Assembly (NCBI GenBank): GCA_964016885.1
Contig: OZ024740.1
Location: 12,958,001-13,022,000, forward strand
Source of the DNA: Eledone cirrhosa
Taxonomy: Eukaryota
Reading direction: 5' to 3'
Length of the DNA stretch: 64,000 bases
Part shown: in pieces, positions 26,400 to 39,300 of the stretch
How the letters are laid out: the number at the start of each line of letters is the position of its first letter
How positions within the stretch are numbered: position 1 is the stretch's first letter
Translations under genes and position numbers: made by a program
Notes under the pieces: generated by a model
Told to the model about the DNA's origin: nothing
Seen by the model: the letters and a program-made list of their open reading frames with translations, nothing else
Databases searched by the model: none

Positions 26400-29300
26400 T
26401 CTAATGTCTTGTCTCTATTCTAATATCCCTGGTCTAATGTGTTGTCTCTAATCTAATGTCTCTAGTCTTATGTCTTGTTTCTAGTCTAATGTCTCTAGTC
26501 TAATGTCTTGTCTCTAGTCTAATGTCTTGTCTCTAGTCTAATGTCTCTAGTCTAATGTCTTGTCTCTAGTCTAATGTCTTGTCTCTAATCTAATGTCTCT
26601 AGTCTAATGTCTTGTCTCTAGTCTAATGTCTTGTCTCTAGTCTAATGTATCTAGACTAATGTCTTGTCTCTAGTCTAATGTCTCTAGTCTAATGTCTTGT
26701 CTCTAGTCTAATGTCTTGTCTCTAATCTAATGTCTCTAGTCTAATGTCTCGTCACTTGTCTAATGTCTCTAGTCTAATGTCTTGTCTCTAGTCTAATGTA
26801 TCTAGACTAATGTCTTGTCTCTAGTCTAATGTCTTGTCTCTAGTCTAACGTCTCTACTCTAATGTCTTGTCTCTAGTCTAATGTCTTGTCTCTAGTTTAA
26901 TGTATCTAGTCTAATGTCTTGTCTCTTGTGTAATGTCTTATCTCTAGTCTAATGTCTCCAGTCTAATGGCTTGTCTCTAGACTAATGTCTTGTGTCTAGT
27001 CTAATGTCTTGTCTCTAATCTAATGACTCTAGTCTAATGTCTTATCTCTAGTCTAATGTCTCTAGTCTAATGTCTTGTCTCTAATCTAATTTCTCTAGTA
27101 TAATGTCTCTAGTCTAATGTCTTGTATCTAGTCTAATGTCTTGTCTCTAGTCTAATGTCTTGTCTCTAGTCTAACGTCTCTAGTCTAATGTCTTGTCTCT
27201 AGTCTAATGTCTTGTCTCTAATCTAATGTCCCTAGGCTAATGTCTTGTTTCTAGTCTAATGTCTCTAGTCTAATATTTTGTCTCTAGTCTAATGTCTTGT
27301 CTCTAGTCTAATGTTTCTAGTCTAATGTCTCTAGTCTAATGTCTTGTCTCTAATCTAATGTCTCTAGTCTAATGTCTTATCTCTAGTCTAATGTCTCTAG
27401 TCTAGTGTCTTGTCTCTAGCCTAATGTCTTGTCTCTAGTCTAATGTCTCTAGTCTAATGTTTCTTGTCTAATGTCTCTAGTCTAATGTCTTGTCTCTAGT
27501 CTAATGTCTTGTGTCTAGTCTAATGTCTCGTCTCTAGTCTAATATATTGTCTCTAGTCTAATATCCCGTCTCTAGTCTAATGTCTAGAGTTTAATGTCTT
27601 CTCTCTAGTCTAATGTCTTGTCTCTAGTTTAATGTCTCTAGTCTAATGTCTTGTCTCTAGTCTAATGTCTTGTCTCTAGTCGAATGTCTTGTCTCTAGTT
27701 TAACGTCTTGTCTCTAGTATCATGTCTTGTCACTAGTCTCATGTCTTGTCTCTAGTCTCATGTCTTGTCACTAGTCTCATGTCTTGTCTCTAGTCTAATG
27801 TCTTGTCTCTAGTCTAATGTCTCTAGTCTAATGTCTTGTCTCTAGTCTAATATCTTGTCTCTAGTCTAATGTCTCTAGTCTATTATCTTGTCTCTAGTCT
27901 AATGTCTTGTCTCTAGTCTAATGTCTCTAGTCAAATGTCTTGTCTCTAGTCTAAAGTCTTGTCTCTAGTCTAATGTCTTGTCTCTAGTCTAATGTATCTA
28001 GACTAATGTCCTGTCTCTAGTCTAATGTCTTGTCTCTAGTCTAATGTATATAGTCTAATGTCTTGTCTCTTGTGTAATGTCTTATCTCTAGTCTAAAGTC
28101 TTGTCTCTAATCTAATGTCTCTAGTCTAATGTCTTGTCTCTAGTCTAATATATTGTCTCTAATCTAATGTCTTGTCTCTAGTCTAATGTCTCTAGTTTAA
28201 TGTCTTCTCTCTTGTCTAATGTCTTGTCTCTAGTCTAATGTCTTTAGTCTAATGTCTCTAGTCTAATGTCTTGTCTCTAATCTAATATCCCTGGTCTAAT
28301 GTGTTGTCTCTAATCTAATGTCTCTAGTCTTATGTCTTGTTTCTAGTCTAATGTCTCTAGTCTAATGTCTTGTCTCTAGTCTAATGTCTTGTCTCTAGTC
28401 TAATGTCTCTAGTCTAATGTCTTGTCTCTAGTCTAATGTCTTGTCTCTAATCTAATGTCTCTAGTCTAATGTCTTGTCTCTAGTCTAATGTCTTGTCTCT
28501 AGTCTAATGTATCTAGACTAATGTCTTGTCTCTAGTCTAATGTCTCTAGTCTAATGTCTTGTCTCTAGTCTAATGTCTTGTCTCTAATCTAATGTCTCTA
28601 GTCTAATGTCTCGTCACTTGTCTAATGTCTCTAGTCTAATGTCTTGTCTCTAGTCTAATGTATCTAGACTAATGTCTTGTCTCTAGTCTAATGTCTTGTC
28701 TCTAGTCTAACGTCTCTACTCTAATGTCTTGTCTCTAGTCTAATGTCTTGTCTCTATTCTAATGTATCTAGTCTAATGTCTTGTCTCTTGTGTAATGTCT
28801 TATCTCTAGTCTAATGTCTCCAGTCTAATGGCTTGTCTCTAGACTAATGTCTTGTGTCTAGTCTAATGTCTTGTCTCTAATCTAATGACTCTAGTCTAAT
28901 GTCTTATCTCTAGTCTAATGTCTCTAGTCTAATGTCTTGTCTCTAATCTAATTTCTCTAGTATAATGTCTCTAGTCTAATGTCTTGTATCTAGTCTAATG
29001 TCTTGTCTCTAGTCTAATGTCTTGTCTCTAGTCTAATGTCTCTAGTCTAATGTCTTGTCTCTAGTCTAATGTCTTGTCTCTAATCTAATGTCCCTAGGCT
29101 AATGTCTTGTTTCTAGTCTAATGTCTCTAGTCTAATATTTTGTCTCTAGTCTAATGTCTTGTCTCTAGTCTAATGTTTCTAGTCTAATGTCTCTAGTCTA
29201 ATGTCTTGTCTCTAATCTAATGTCTCTAGTCTAATGTCTTATCTCTAGTCTAATGTCTCTAGTCTAGTGTCTTGTCTCTAGCCTAATGTCTTGTCTCTAG

Positions 29301-30180
29301 TCTAATGTCTCTAGTCTAATGTTTCTTGTCTAATGTCTCTAGTCTAATGTCTTGTTTCTAGTCTAATGTCTTGTGTCTAGTCTAATGTCTCGTCTCTAGT
29401 CTAATATCTTGTCTCTAGTCTAATATCCCGTCTCTAGTCTAATGTCTCTAGTTTAATGTCTTCTCTCTAGTCTAATGTCTTGTCTCTAGTTTAATGTCTC
29501 TAGTCTAATGTCTTGTCTCTAGTCTAATGTCTTGTCGCTAGTCTAATGTCTCTAGTCTAATATCATGTCTCTAGTCTAATGTCTTGTCGCTAGTCTAATG
29601 TCTCTAGTCTAATATCTTGTCTCTAGTCTAATGTCTCTAGTCTAATGTCTTGTCTCTAGTCTAATGTCTTGTCTCTAGTCGAATGTCTTGTCTCTAGTTT
29701 AACGTCTTGTCTCTAGTCTCATGTCTTGTCACTAGTCTCATGTCTTGTCTCTAGTCTCATGTCTTGTCACTAGTCTCATGTCTTGTCTCTAGTCAAATGT
29801 CTTGTCTCTAGTCTAAAGTCTTGTCTCTAGTCTAATGTCTTGTCTCTAGTCTAATGTATCTAGACTAATGTCCTGTCTCTAGTCTAATGTCTTGTCTCTA
29901 GTCTAATGTATATAGTCTAATGTCTTGTCTCTTGTGTAATGTCTTATCTCTAGTCTAAAGTCTTGTCTCTAATCTAATGTCTCTATCTAATGTCTTGTCT
30001 CTAGTCTAATATATTGTCTCTAGTCTAATATATTGTCTCTAGTCTAATGTCTCTAGTCTAATGTCTTGTCTCTAGTCTAATGTCTCTAGTTTAATGTCTT
30101 CTCTCTTGTCTAATGTCTTGTCTCTAGTCTAATGTCTTTAGTCTAATGTCTCTAGTCTAATGTCTTGTCTCTAATCTAAT
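26400..30180 (+). repeat. Tandem duplication, period ~1.86-1.9 kb
   Basis: TAATATCCCTGG at 26421/28283 (offset 1862) is followed by the same ordered variants, including GTCTCGTCACTTG, GACTCTAG, GTCCTGTCTCT and GTATATAG. Confidence 0.75.
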
Positions 30181-33100
30181 GTCTTGTCTCTAGTCTAATG
30201 TCTGGTCTCTAGTCTCATGTCTTGTCTCTAGTCTAATGTCTTATCTCTAGTCTAACGTTTTGTCTCTAGTCTAATGCCTTGTCTCTAGTCTAATGTCATG
30301 TCTCTAGTCTAATGTCTTGTCTCTAGTCTAATGTCTTGTCTCTAGTATAATGTCTTGTCTCTAGTCTAATGTCTCTAGTCAAATGTCTTGTCTCTAGTCT
30401 AATGTCTTGTCTCTAGTCTATTGACTCTTGTCTAATGTCTTTTCTCTAGTCTAATGTCTTGTCTCTAGTCTAATGTACTATCTCTAGTCTAATTTCTTGT
30501 CTCTAGTCTAATGTCTTGTCTCTAGTCTAATGTCTCTAGTCTAATGTCTCTAGTCTAATGTCTTGTCTCTAGTCTAATGTCTTGTCTCTAGTCGAATGTC
30601 TTGTCTCTAGTCTAACGTCTTGTCTCTAGTCTCATGTCGTGTCTCTAGTCTCATGTCTTGTCTCTAGTCTAACGTTTTGTCTCTAGTCTAATATCTCTAG
30701 TCTAATGTCTTGTCTCTAGTTTCATGTCTTGTCTCTAGTCTAATGTCTTGTCTCTAGTCTTATATCTTGTCTCTATTCTAATGTCTCTAGTTTAATGTCT
30801 TGTCTCTAGTCTAATGTCTCTAGTCTAATGTCTTGTCTCTAGTCTAATGTCTCTAGGCTAATGTCTTGTCTCTAGTCTATTGTCTCTAGTCGAATGTATT
30901 GTCTCTAGTCTAATATCTTGTCTCTAGTCTAATATATTGTCTCTAGTCTAATGTCTTGTCTCTAGTCTAATGTCTCTAGTCTAATGTCTCTAGTCAAATG
31001 TCTTGTGTCTAGTCTAATGTCTGTAGTCTAATGTCTTGTATCTAGTCTAAAGTCTTGTCTCTAGTCTAATGTCTCTAGTCTAATGTCTTGTCTCTAATCT
31101 AATACCCCTAGTCTAATGTCTTGTCTGTAGTCTAATGTCTCTAGTCTAATGTCTTGTCTCTAGTCTAATATCTTGTCTCTAGTCTAATGTCTTGTCTCTA
31201 GTCTAATGTCTTGTCTCTATTCTAATGTCCCTCGTCTAATGTCTTGTCTCTAGTCTAATGTCTCTAGTCTAATGTCTTGTCTCTAGTCTAATGTCAGTAG
31301 TCTAATGTCTTGTCTCTAGTCTAATATCTTGTCTCTAATCTAATGTCTCTAGTCTAATGTCTTGTTTCTAGTCTAATGTCTCTAGTATAATGTCTTGTCT
31401 CTAGTCTAATGTCTTGTCTCTAGTCTAATGTCTTGTCTCTATTCTAATATCCCTGGTCTAATGTGTTGTCTCTAATCTAATGTCTCTAGTCTAATGTCTT
31501 GTTTCTAGTCTAATGTCTCTAGTCTAATGTCTCTAGTCTAATGTCTCTAGTCTAATGTCTTGTCTCTAGTCTAATGTCTTGTCTCTAATCTAATGTCTCT
31601 AGTCCAATGTCTTGTCTCTAGTCTAATGTCTTGTCTCTAGTCTAATGTCTTGTCTCTAGTCTAATATATCTAGACTAATGTCTTGTCTCTTGTCTAATGT
31701 CTCTAGTCTAATGTCTTGTCTCTAGTCTAATGTCTTGTCTCTAATCTAATGTCTCTAGTCTAATGTCTTGTCTCTAGTCTAATGTCTCTAGTCTATTGTC
31801 TTGTCTCTAGTCTAATGTATCTAGACTAATGTCTTGTCTCTAGTCTAACGTCTCTAGTCTAATGTCTTGTCTCTAGACTAATGTCTTGTCTTTAGTTTAA
31901 TGTCTTGTCTCTAGTCTAATGTCTTGTCCCTAATCTAATGTCTCTAGTCTAATGTCTTGTCTCTAGTCTAATGTCTCTAGTCTAATGTCTTGTCTCTAGT
32001 CTAATGTATCTAGTCTAATGTCTTGTCTCTTGTGTAATGTCTTATCTCTAGTCTAATGTCTCCAGTCTAATGGCTTGTCTCTAGACTAATGTCTTGTCTC
32101 TAGTGTAATGTCTTGTCTCTAGTCTAATATTTCTAGTCTAATGTCTCTAGTCTAATGTCTTGTCACTAATCTAATGTCTCTAGTCTAATGTCTTGTCTCT
32201 AGTCTAATGTCTCTAGTCTAATGTCTTGTCTCTAATCTAATGTCCCTAGGCTAATGTCTTGTTTCTAGTCTAATGTCTCTAGTCTAAAATTTTGTCTCTA
32301 GTCTAATGTCTTGTCTCTAGTCTAATGTTTATAGTCTAATGTCTCTAGTCTAATGTCTTGTCTCTAGTCTATTGTCTCTAGTCGAATGTATTGTCTCTAG
32401 TCTAATATCTTGTCTCTAGTCTAATATCTTGTCTCTAGTCTAATGTCTTGTCTCTAGTCTAATGTCTCTAGTCTAATGTCTCTAGTCTAATGTCTCTAGT
32501 CTAATGTCTTGTGTCTAGTCTAATGTCTGTAGTCTAATGTCTTGTATCTAGTCTAAAGTCTTGTCTCTAGTCTAATGTCTCTAGTCTAATGTCTTGTCTC
32601 TAATCTAATACCCCTAGTCTAATGTCTTGTCTGTAGTCTAATGTCTCTAGTCTAATGTCTTGTCTCTAGTCTAATATCTTGTCTCTAGTCTAATGTCTTG
32701 TCTCTAGTCTAATGTCTTGTCTCTAGTCTAATGTCCCTCGTCTAATGTCTTGTCTCTAGTCTAATGTCTCTAGTCTAATGTCTTGTCTCTAGTCTAATGT
32801 CTTGTCTCTAGTCTAATGTCTTGTCTCTATTCTAATATCCCTGGTCTAATGTGTTGTCTCTAATCTAATGTCTCTAGTCTAATGTCTTGTTTCTAGTCTA
32901 ATGTCTCTAGTCTAATGTCTTGTCTCTAATCTAATGTCTCTAGTCCAATGTCTTGTCTCTAGTCTAATGTCTTGTCTCTAGTCTAATGTCTTGTCTCTAG
33001 TCTAATATATCTAGACTAATGTCTTGTCTCTTGTCTAATGTCTCTAGTCTAATGTCTTGTCTCTAGTCTAATGTCTTGTCTCTAATCTAATGTCTCTAGT

Positions 33101-33807
33101 CTAATGTCTTGTCTCTAGTCTCATGTCTTGTCTCTAGTCTCATGTCTTGTCTCTAGTCTAACGTTTTGTCTCTAGTCTAATGTCTCTAGTCTAATGTCTT
33201 GTCTCTAGTCTAATGTCTTGTCTCTAGTCTAATGTTTTGTCTCTAGTCTAATGTCTCTAGTCTAATATCTTGTCTCTATTCTAATGTTTTGTCTCTAGTC
33301 TAATGTCTTGTCTCTACTCTAATGTCTCTAGTCTAATGTCTTGTCTCTAGTCTAATGTCTTGTCCCTAGTCTAATGTCTCTAGTCTAATGTCTTGTCTCT
33401 AGTCTAATGTCTTGTCTCTAGTCTAATGTATCTAGTCTAATATCTTGTCTCTAGTCTAATGTCTTGTCTCTACTCTAGTGTCTCTAGTCTAATGTCTTGT
33501 CTCTAGTCTAATGTCTTGTCTCTAGTCTCATGTCTTGTCGCTAGTCTCATGTCTTGTCTCTAGTCTAATGTCTTGTCTCTAGTCTAATGTATCTAGTCGA
33601 ATATCTTGTCTCTAGTCTAATGTTTTGTCTCTACTCTAATGTCTCTAGTCTAATGTCTTGTCTCTAGTCTCATGTCTTGTCTCTAGTCTAATGTTTTGTC
33701 TGTAGTCTAATATCTCTAGTATAATGTCTTGTCTCTAGTCTAATGTCTTGTCTCTAGTCTAATGTCTCTAGTCTAATGTCTTGTCTCTAGTCTAATGTCT
33801 TGTCTCT

Positions 33808-36800
33808 AGTCTAATGTCTTGTCTCTAGTCTAATGTCTCTAGTCTAATGTCTTGTCTCTAGTCTAATGTATCTAGTCTAATGTCTTGTCTCTTGTGTAAT
33901 GTCTTATCTCTAGTCTAATGTCTCCAATCTAATGTCTTGTCTCTAGTCTAATGTCTCGTCTCTAGTCTAATATCTTGTCTCTAATCTAATATCACTAGTC
34001 TAATGTCTTGTTTCTAGTCTAATGTCTCTAGTCTAATGTCTTATCTCTAATCTAATGTCTCTAGTATAATGTCTCTAGTCTAATGTCTTGTATTTAGTCT
34101 AATGTCTTGTCTCTAGTCTAATGTCTCTAGTCTAATGTCTTGTCACTAGTCTAATATCTTGTCTCTAGTCTAATATCTTGTCCCTAGTCTAATGTCTCTA
34201 GTCTAATGTCTCTAGTCTAATGTCTTGTCTCTTTTCTAATGTCTTGTCTCTAGTCTAATGTCTCTAGTCTAATGTCTTGTCTCTAGTCTAATGTCTCTAG
34301 TCTAATGTCTCCAGTCTAATGTCTTGTCTCTAGTCTAATGTCTTGTCTCTAATCTAATGTCTATAGTCCAATGTCTTGTCTCTAGTCTAATGTCTTGTCT
34401 CTAGTCTAATGTCTTGTCTCTAGTCTAATGTCTCTAGTCTAATGTCTTGTCTCTAGTCTAATGTCTCGTCTCTAGTCTAATATCTTGTCTCTAATCTAAT
34501 GTCTCTAGTCTAATGTCTCATCTCTAGTCTAATGTCTCTAGTCTAATGTCTTATCTCTAATCTAATGTCTCTAGTATAATGTCTGTAGTCTAATGTCTTG
34601 TATCTAGTCTAATGTCTTGTTTCTAGTCTAATGTCTCTAGTCTAATGTCACTAGTCTAATGTCTTGTCTCTAGCCTAATGTCTTGTCTCTAGTCTAATAT
34701 CTTGTCTCTATTCTAATGTCTCTAGATTAATGTCCTCTTTCTAGTCTAATGTCTTGTCTCTAATCTAATGTCTTGTCTCTAGTCTAATGTACTGTCTCTA
34801 GTCTAATTTCTTGTCTCTAGTCTAATGTCTTGTCTCTAGTCTAATGTCTTGTCTCTAGTCTAATGTCTCTAGTCTAATGTCTTTTCTCTAGTCTATTATC
34901 TAGTCTCTAGTCTAATATCTTGTCTCTAGTCTAATGTCTTGTCTCTAGTCTAATGTCTCTAGTCTAATGTCTCTAGTCTAATGTCTCTAGTCTAATGTTT
35001 CTAGTCTAATGTCTTGTGTCTAGTCTAATGTCTGTAGTCTAATGTCTTGTATCTAGTCTAATGTCTTGTCTCTAGTCTTATGTCTTGTCTCTAATCTAAT
35101 ACCCCTAGTCTAATGTCTTGTCTCTAGTCTAATGTCTTGTCTCTAGTCTAATGTCTTGTCTCTAGTCTAATGTCCCTCGTCTAATCTCTTGTCTCTAGTC
35201 TAATGTCTCTAGTCTAATGTCTTGTCTCTAGTCTAATATATTGTCTCTAGTCTAATGTCTTGTCTCTAGTCTAATGTCTTGTCTCTAGTCTAATGTCCCT
35301 CGTCTAATGTCTTGTCTCTAGTCTAATTTCTTGTCTCTAGTCTAATGTCTTGTCTCTAGTCTAATGTCAGTAGTCTAATGTCTTGTCTCTAGTCTAATAT
35401 CTTGTCTCTAGTCTAATGTCTCTAGTCTAATGTCTTGTCTCTAGTCTAATGTCTCTAGTCTAATGTCTTGTCTCTAGTCTAATATCTTGTCTCTAGTCTA
35501 ATATCTTGTCTCTAGTCTAATGTCTCTAGTCTAATGTCTTGTCTCTAGTCTAATGTCTTGTCTCTAGTCTAATGTCTTGTCTCTAGTCTAATGTCTCTAG
35601 TCTAATGTCTTGTCTCTAGTCTAATGTCTTGTCTCTAATCTAATGTCTCTAGTCTAATGTCTCTAGTCTAATGTCTTGTCTCTAATCTAATGTCTCTAGT
35701 CCAATGTCTTGTCTCTAGTCTAATGTCTTGTCTCTAGTCTAATGTCTTGTCTCTAGTCTAATTTATCTAGACTAATGTCTTGTCTCCAGTCTAATGTCTT
35801 GTCTCTAGTCTAATGTCTCTAGTCTAATGTCTTGTCTCTAGTCTAATGTATCTAGTCTAATGTCTTGTCTCTTGTGTAATGTCTTATCTCTAGTCTAATG
35901 TCTCCAATCTAATGTCTTGTCTCTAGTCTAATGTCTCGTCTCTAGTCTAATATCTTGTCTCTAATCTAATATCACTAGTCTAATGTCTTGTTTCTAGTCT
36001 AATGTCTCTAGTCTAATGTCTTATCTCTAATCTAATGTCTCTAGTATAATGTCTCTAGTCTAATGTCTTGTATTTAGTCTAATGTCTTGTCTCTAGTCTA
36101 ATGTCTCTAGTCTAATGTCTCTAGTCTAATGTCTTGTGTCTTTTCTAATGTCTTGTCTCTAGTCTAATGTCTCTAGTCTAATGTCTTGTCTCTAGTCTAA
36201 TGTCTCTAGTCTAATGTCTCTAGTCTAATGTCTCCAGTCTAATGTCTTGTCTCTAGTCTAATGTCTTGTCTCTAATCTAATGTCTCTAGTCCAATGTCTT
36301 GTCTCTAGTCTAATGTCTTGTCTCTAGTCTAATGTCTTGTCTCTAGTCTAATGTATCTAGACTAATGTCTTGTCTCCAGTCTAATGTCTTGTCTCTAGTC
36401 TAATGTCTCTAGTCTAATGTCTTGTCTCTAGTCTAATGTCTCGTCTCTAGTCTAATGTCTTGTCTCTAATCTAATGTCTCTAGTCTAATGTCTCTAGTCT
36501 AATGTTTTGTCTCTAATCTAATGTCTCTAGTCCAATGTCTTGTCTCTAGTCTAATGTCTTGTCTCTAGTCTAATGTCTTGTCTCTAGTCTAATGTATCTA
36601 GACTAATGTCTTGTCTCCAGTCTAATGTCTTGTCTCTAGTCTAATGTCTCTAGTCTAATGTCTTGTCTCTAGTCTAATGTATCTAGTCTAATGTCTTGTC
36701 TCTTGTGTAATGTCTTATCTCTAGTCTAATGTCTCCAATCTAATGTCTTGTCTCTAGTCTAATGTCTCGTCTCTAGTCTAATATCTTGTCTCTAATCTAA

Positions 36801-39300
36801 TATCACTAGTCTAATGTCTTGTTTCTAGTCTAATGTCTCTAGTCTAATGTCTTATCTCTAATCTAATGTCTCTAGTATAATGTCTCTAGTCTAATGTCTT
36901 GTATTTAGTCTAATGTCTTGTCTCTAGTCTAATGTCTCTAGTCTAATGTCTTGTCACTAGTCTAATATCTTGTCTCTAGTCTAATATCTTGTCTCTAGTC
37001 TAATGTCTCTAGTCTAATGTCTCTAGTCTAATGTCTTGTCTCTTTTCTAATGTCTTGTCTCTAGTCTAATGTCTCTAGTCTAATGTCTTGTCTCTAGTCT
37101 AATGTCTCTAGTCTAATGTCTCCAGTCTAATGTCTTGTCTCTAGTCTAATGTCTTGTCTCTAATCTAATGTCTATAGTCCAATGTCTTGTCTCTAGTCTA
37201 ATGTCTTGTCTCTAGTCTAATGTCTTGTCTCTAGTCTAATGTCTCTAGTCTAATGTCTTGTCTCTAGTCTAATGTCTCGTCTCTAGTCTAATATCTTGTC
37301 TCTAATCTAATGTCTCTAGTCTAATGTCTCATCTCTAGTCTAATGTCTCTAGTCTAATGTCTTATCTCTAATCTAATGTCTCTAGTATAATGTCTGTAGT
37401 CTAATGTCTTGTATCTAGTCTAATGTCTTGTTTCTAGTCTAATGTCTCTAGTCTAATGTCACTAGTCTAATGTCTTGTCTCTAGCCTAATGTCTTGTCTC
37501 TAGTCTAATATCTTGTCTCTAGTCTCATGTCTCTAGATTAATGTCCTCTTTCTAGTCTAATGTCTTGTCTCTAATCTAATGTCTTGTCTCTAGTCTAATG
37601 TACTGTCTCTAGTCTAATTTCTTGTCTCTAGTCTAATGTCTTGTCTCTAGTCTAATGTCTTGTCTCTAGTCTAATGTCTCTAGTCTAATGTCTTTTGTCT
37701 AGTCTATTATCTAGTCTCTAGTCTAATATCTTGTCTCTAGTCTAATGTCTTGTCTCTAGTCTAATGTCTCTAGTCTAATGTCTCTAGTCTAATGTCTCTA
37801 GTCTAATGTTTCTAGTCTAATGTCTTGTGTCTAGTCTAATGTCTGTAGTCTAATGTCTTGTATCTAGTCTAATGTCTTGTCTCTAGTCTTATGTCTTGTC
37901 TCTAATCTAATACCCCTAGTCTAATGTCTTGTCTCTAGTCTAATGTCTTGTCTCTAGTCTAATGTCTTGTCTCTAGTCTAATGTCCCTCGTCTAATCTCT
38001 TGTCTCTAGTCTAATGTCTCTAGTCTAATGTCTTGTCTCTAGTCTAATATATTGTCTCTAGTCTAATGTCTTGTCTCTAGTCTAATGTCTTGTCTCTAGT
38101 CTAATGTCCCTCGTCTAATGTCTTGTCTCTAGTCTAATTTCTTGTCTCTAGTCTAATGTCTTGTCTCTAGTCTAATGTCAGTAGTCTAATGTCTTGTCTC
38201 TAGTCTAATATCTTGTCTCTAGTCTAATGTCTCTAGTCTAATGTCTTGTCTCTAGTCTAATGTCTCTAGTCTAATGTCTTGTCTCTAGTCTAATATCTTG
38301 TCTCTAGTCTAATATCTTGTCTCTAGTCTAATGTCTCTAGTCTAATGTCTTGTCTCTAGTCTAATGTCTTGTCTCTAGTCTAATGTCTTGTCTCTAGTCT
38401 AATGTCTCTAGTCTAATGTCTTGTCTCTAGTCTAATGTCTTGTCTCTAATCTAATGTCTCTAGTCTAATGTCTCTAGTCTAATGTCTTGTCTCTAATCTA
38501 ATGTCTCTAGTCCAATGTCTTGTCTCTAGTCTAATGTCTTGTCTCTAGTCTAATGTCTTGTCTCTAGTCTAATTTATCTAGACTAATGTCTTGTCTCCAG
38601 TCTAATGTCTTGTCTCTAGTCTAATGTCTCTAGTCTAATGTCTTGTCTCTAGTCTAATGTATCTAGTCTAATGTCTTGTCTCTTGTGTAATGTCTTATCT
38701 CTAGTCTAATGTCTCCAATCTAATGTCTTGTCTCTAGTCTAATGTCTCGTCTCTAGTCTAATATCTTGTCTCTAATCTAATATCACTAGTCTAATGTCTT
38801 GTTTCTAGTCTAATGTCTCTAGTCTAATGTCTTATCTCTAATCTAATGTCTCTAGTATAATGTCTCTAGTCTAATGTCTTGTATTTAGTCTAATGTCTTG
38901 TCTCTAGTCTAATGTCTCTAGTCTAATGTCTCTAGTCTAATGTCTTGTGTCTTTTCTAATGTCTTGTCTCTAGTCTAATGTCTCTAGTCTAATGTCTTGT
39001 CTCTAGTCTAATGTCTCTAGTCTAATGTCTCTAGTCTAATGTCTCCAGTCTAATGTCTTGTCTCTAGTCTAATGTCTTGTCTCTAATCTAATGTCTCTAG
39101 TCCAATGTCTTGTCTCTAGTCTAATGTCTTGTCTCTAGTCTAATGTCTTGTCTCTAGTCTAATGTATCTAGACTAATGTCTTGTCTCCAGTCTAATGTCT
39201 TGTCTCTAGTCTAATGTCTCTAGTCTAATGTCTTGTCTCTAGTCTAATGTCTCGTCTCTAGTCTAATATCTTGTCTCTAATCTAATGTCTCTAGTCTAAT
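33808..39300 (+). repeat. Near-identical tandem duplication, period 2811 bp
   Basis: Four markers share offset 2811: CTATAGTCCA 34361/37172, CTAATCTCTT 35181/37992, GTCAGTAG 35366/38177 and ATTTATCTAG 35761/38572. Confidence 0.9.

Larger units (their letters stand above)
13600..30200 (+). repeat. Satellite sub-domain B with a ~1.9-2.06 kb higher-order unit and ~0.75 kb partial copies
   Basis: Recurrent markers GTCTCGTCACTTG, AATATCCCGTCT, GTCCCTAGGC and doubled CTCATGTCTTGTCACTAG. GTCAGTAG occurs at 13886, 15731, 16483, 17238, 19301, 20075, 22138, 24201 and 26217, with spacing 2063 three times. Confidence 0.85.
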
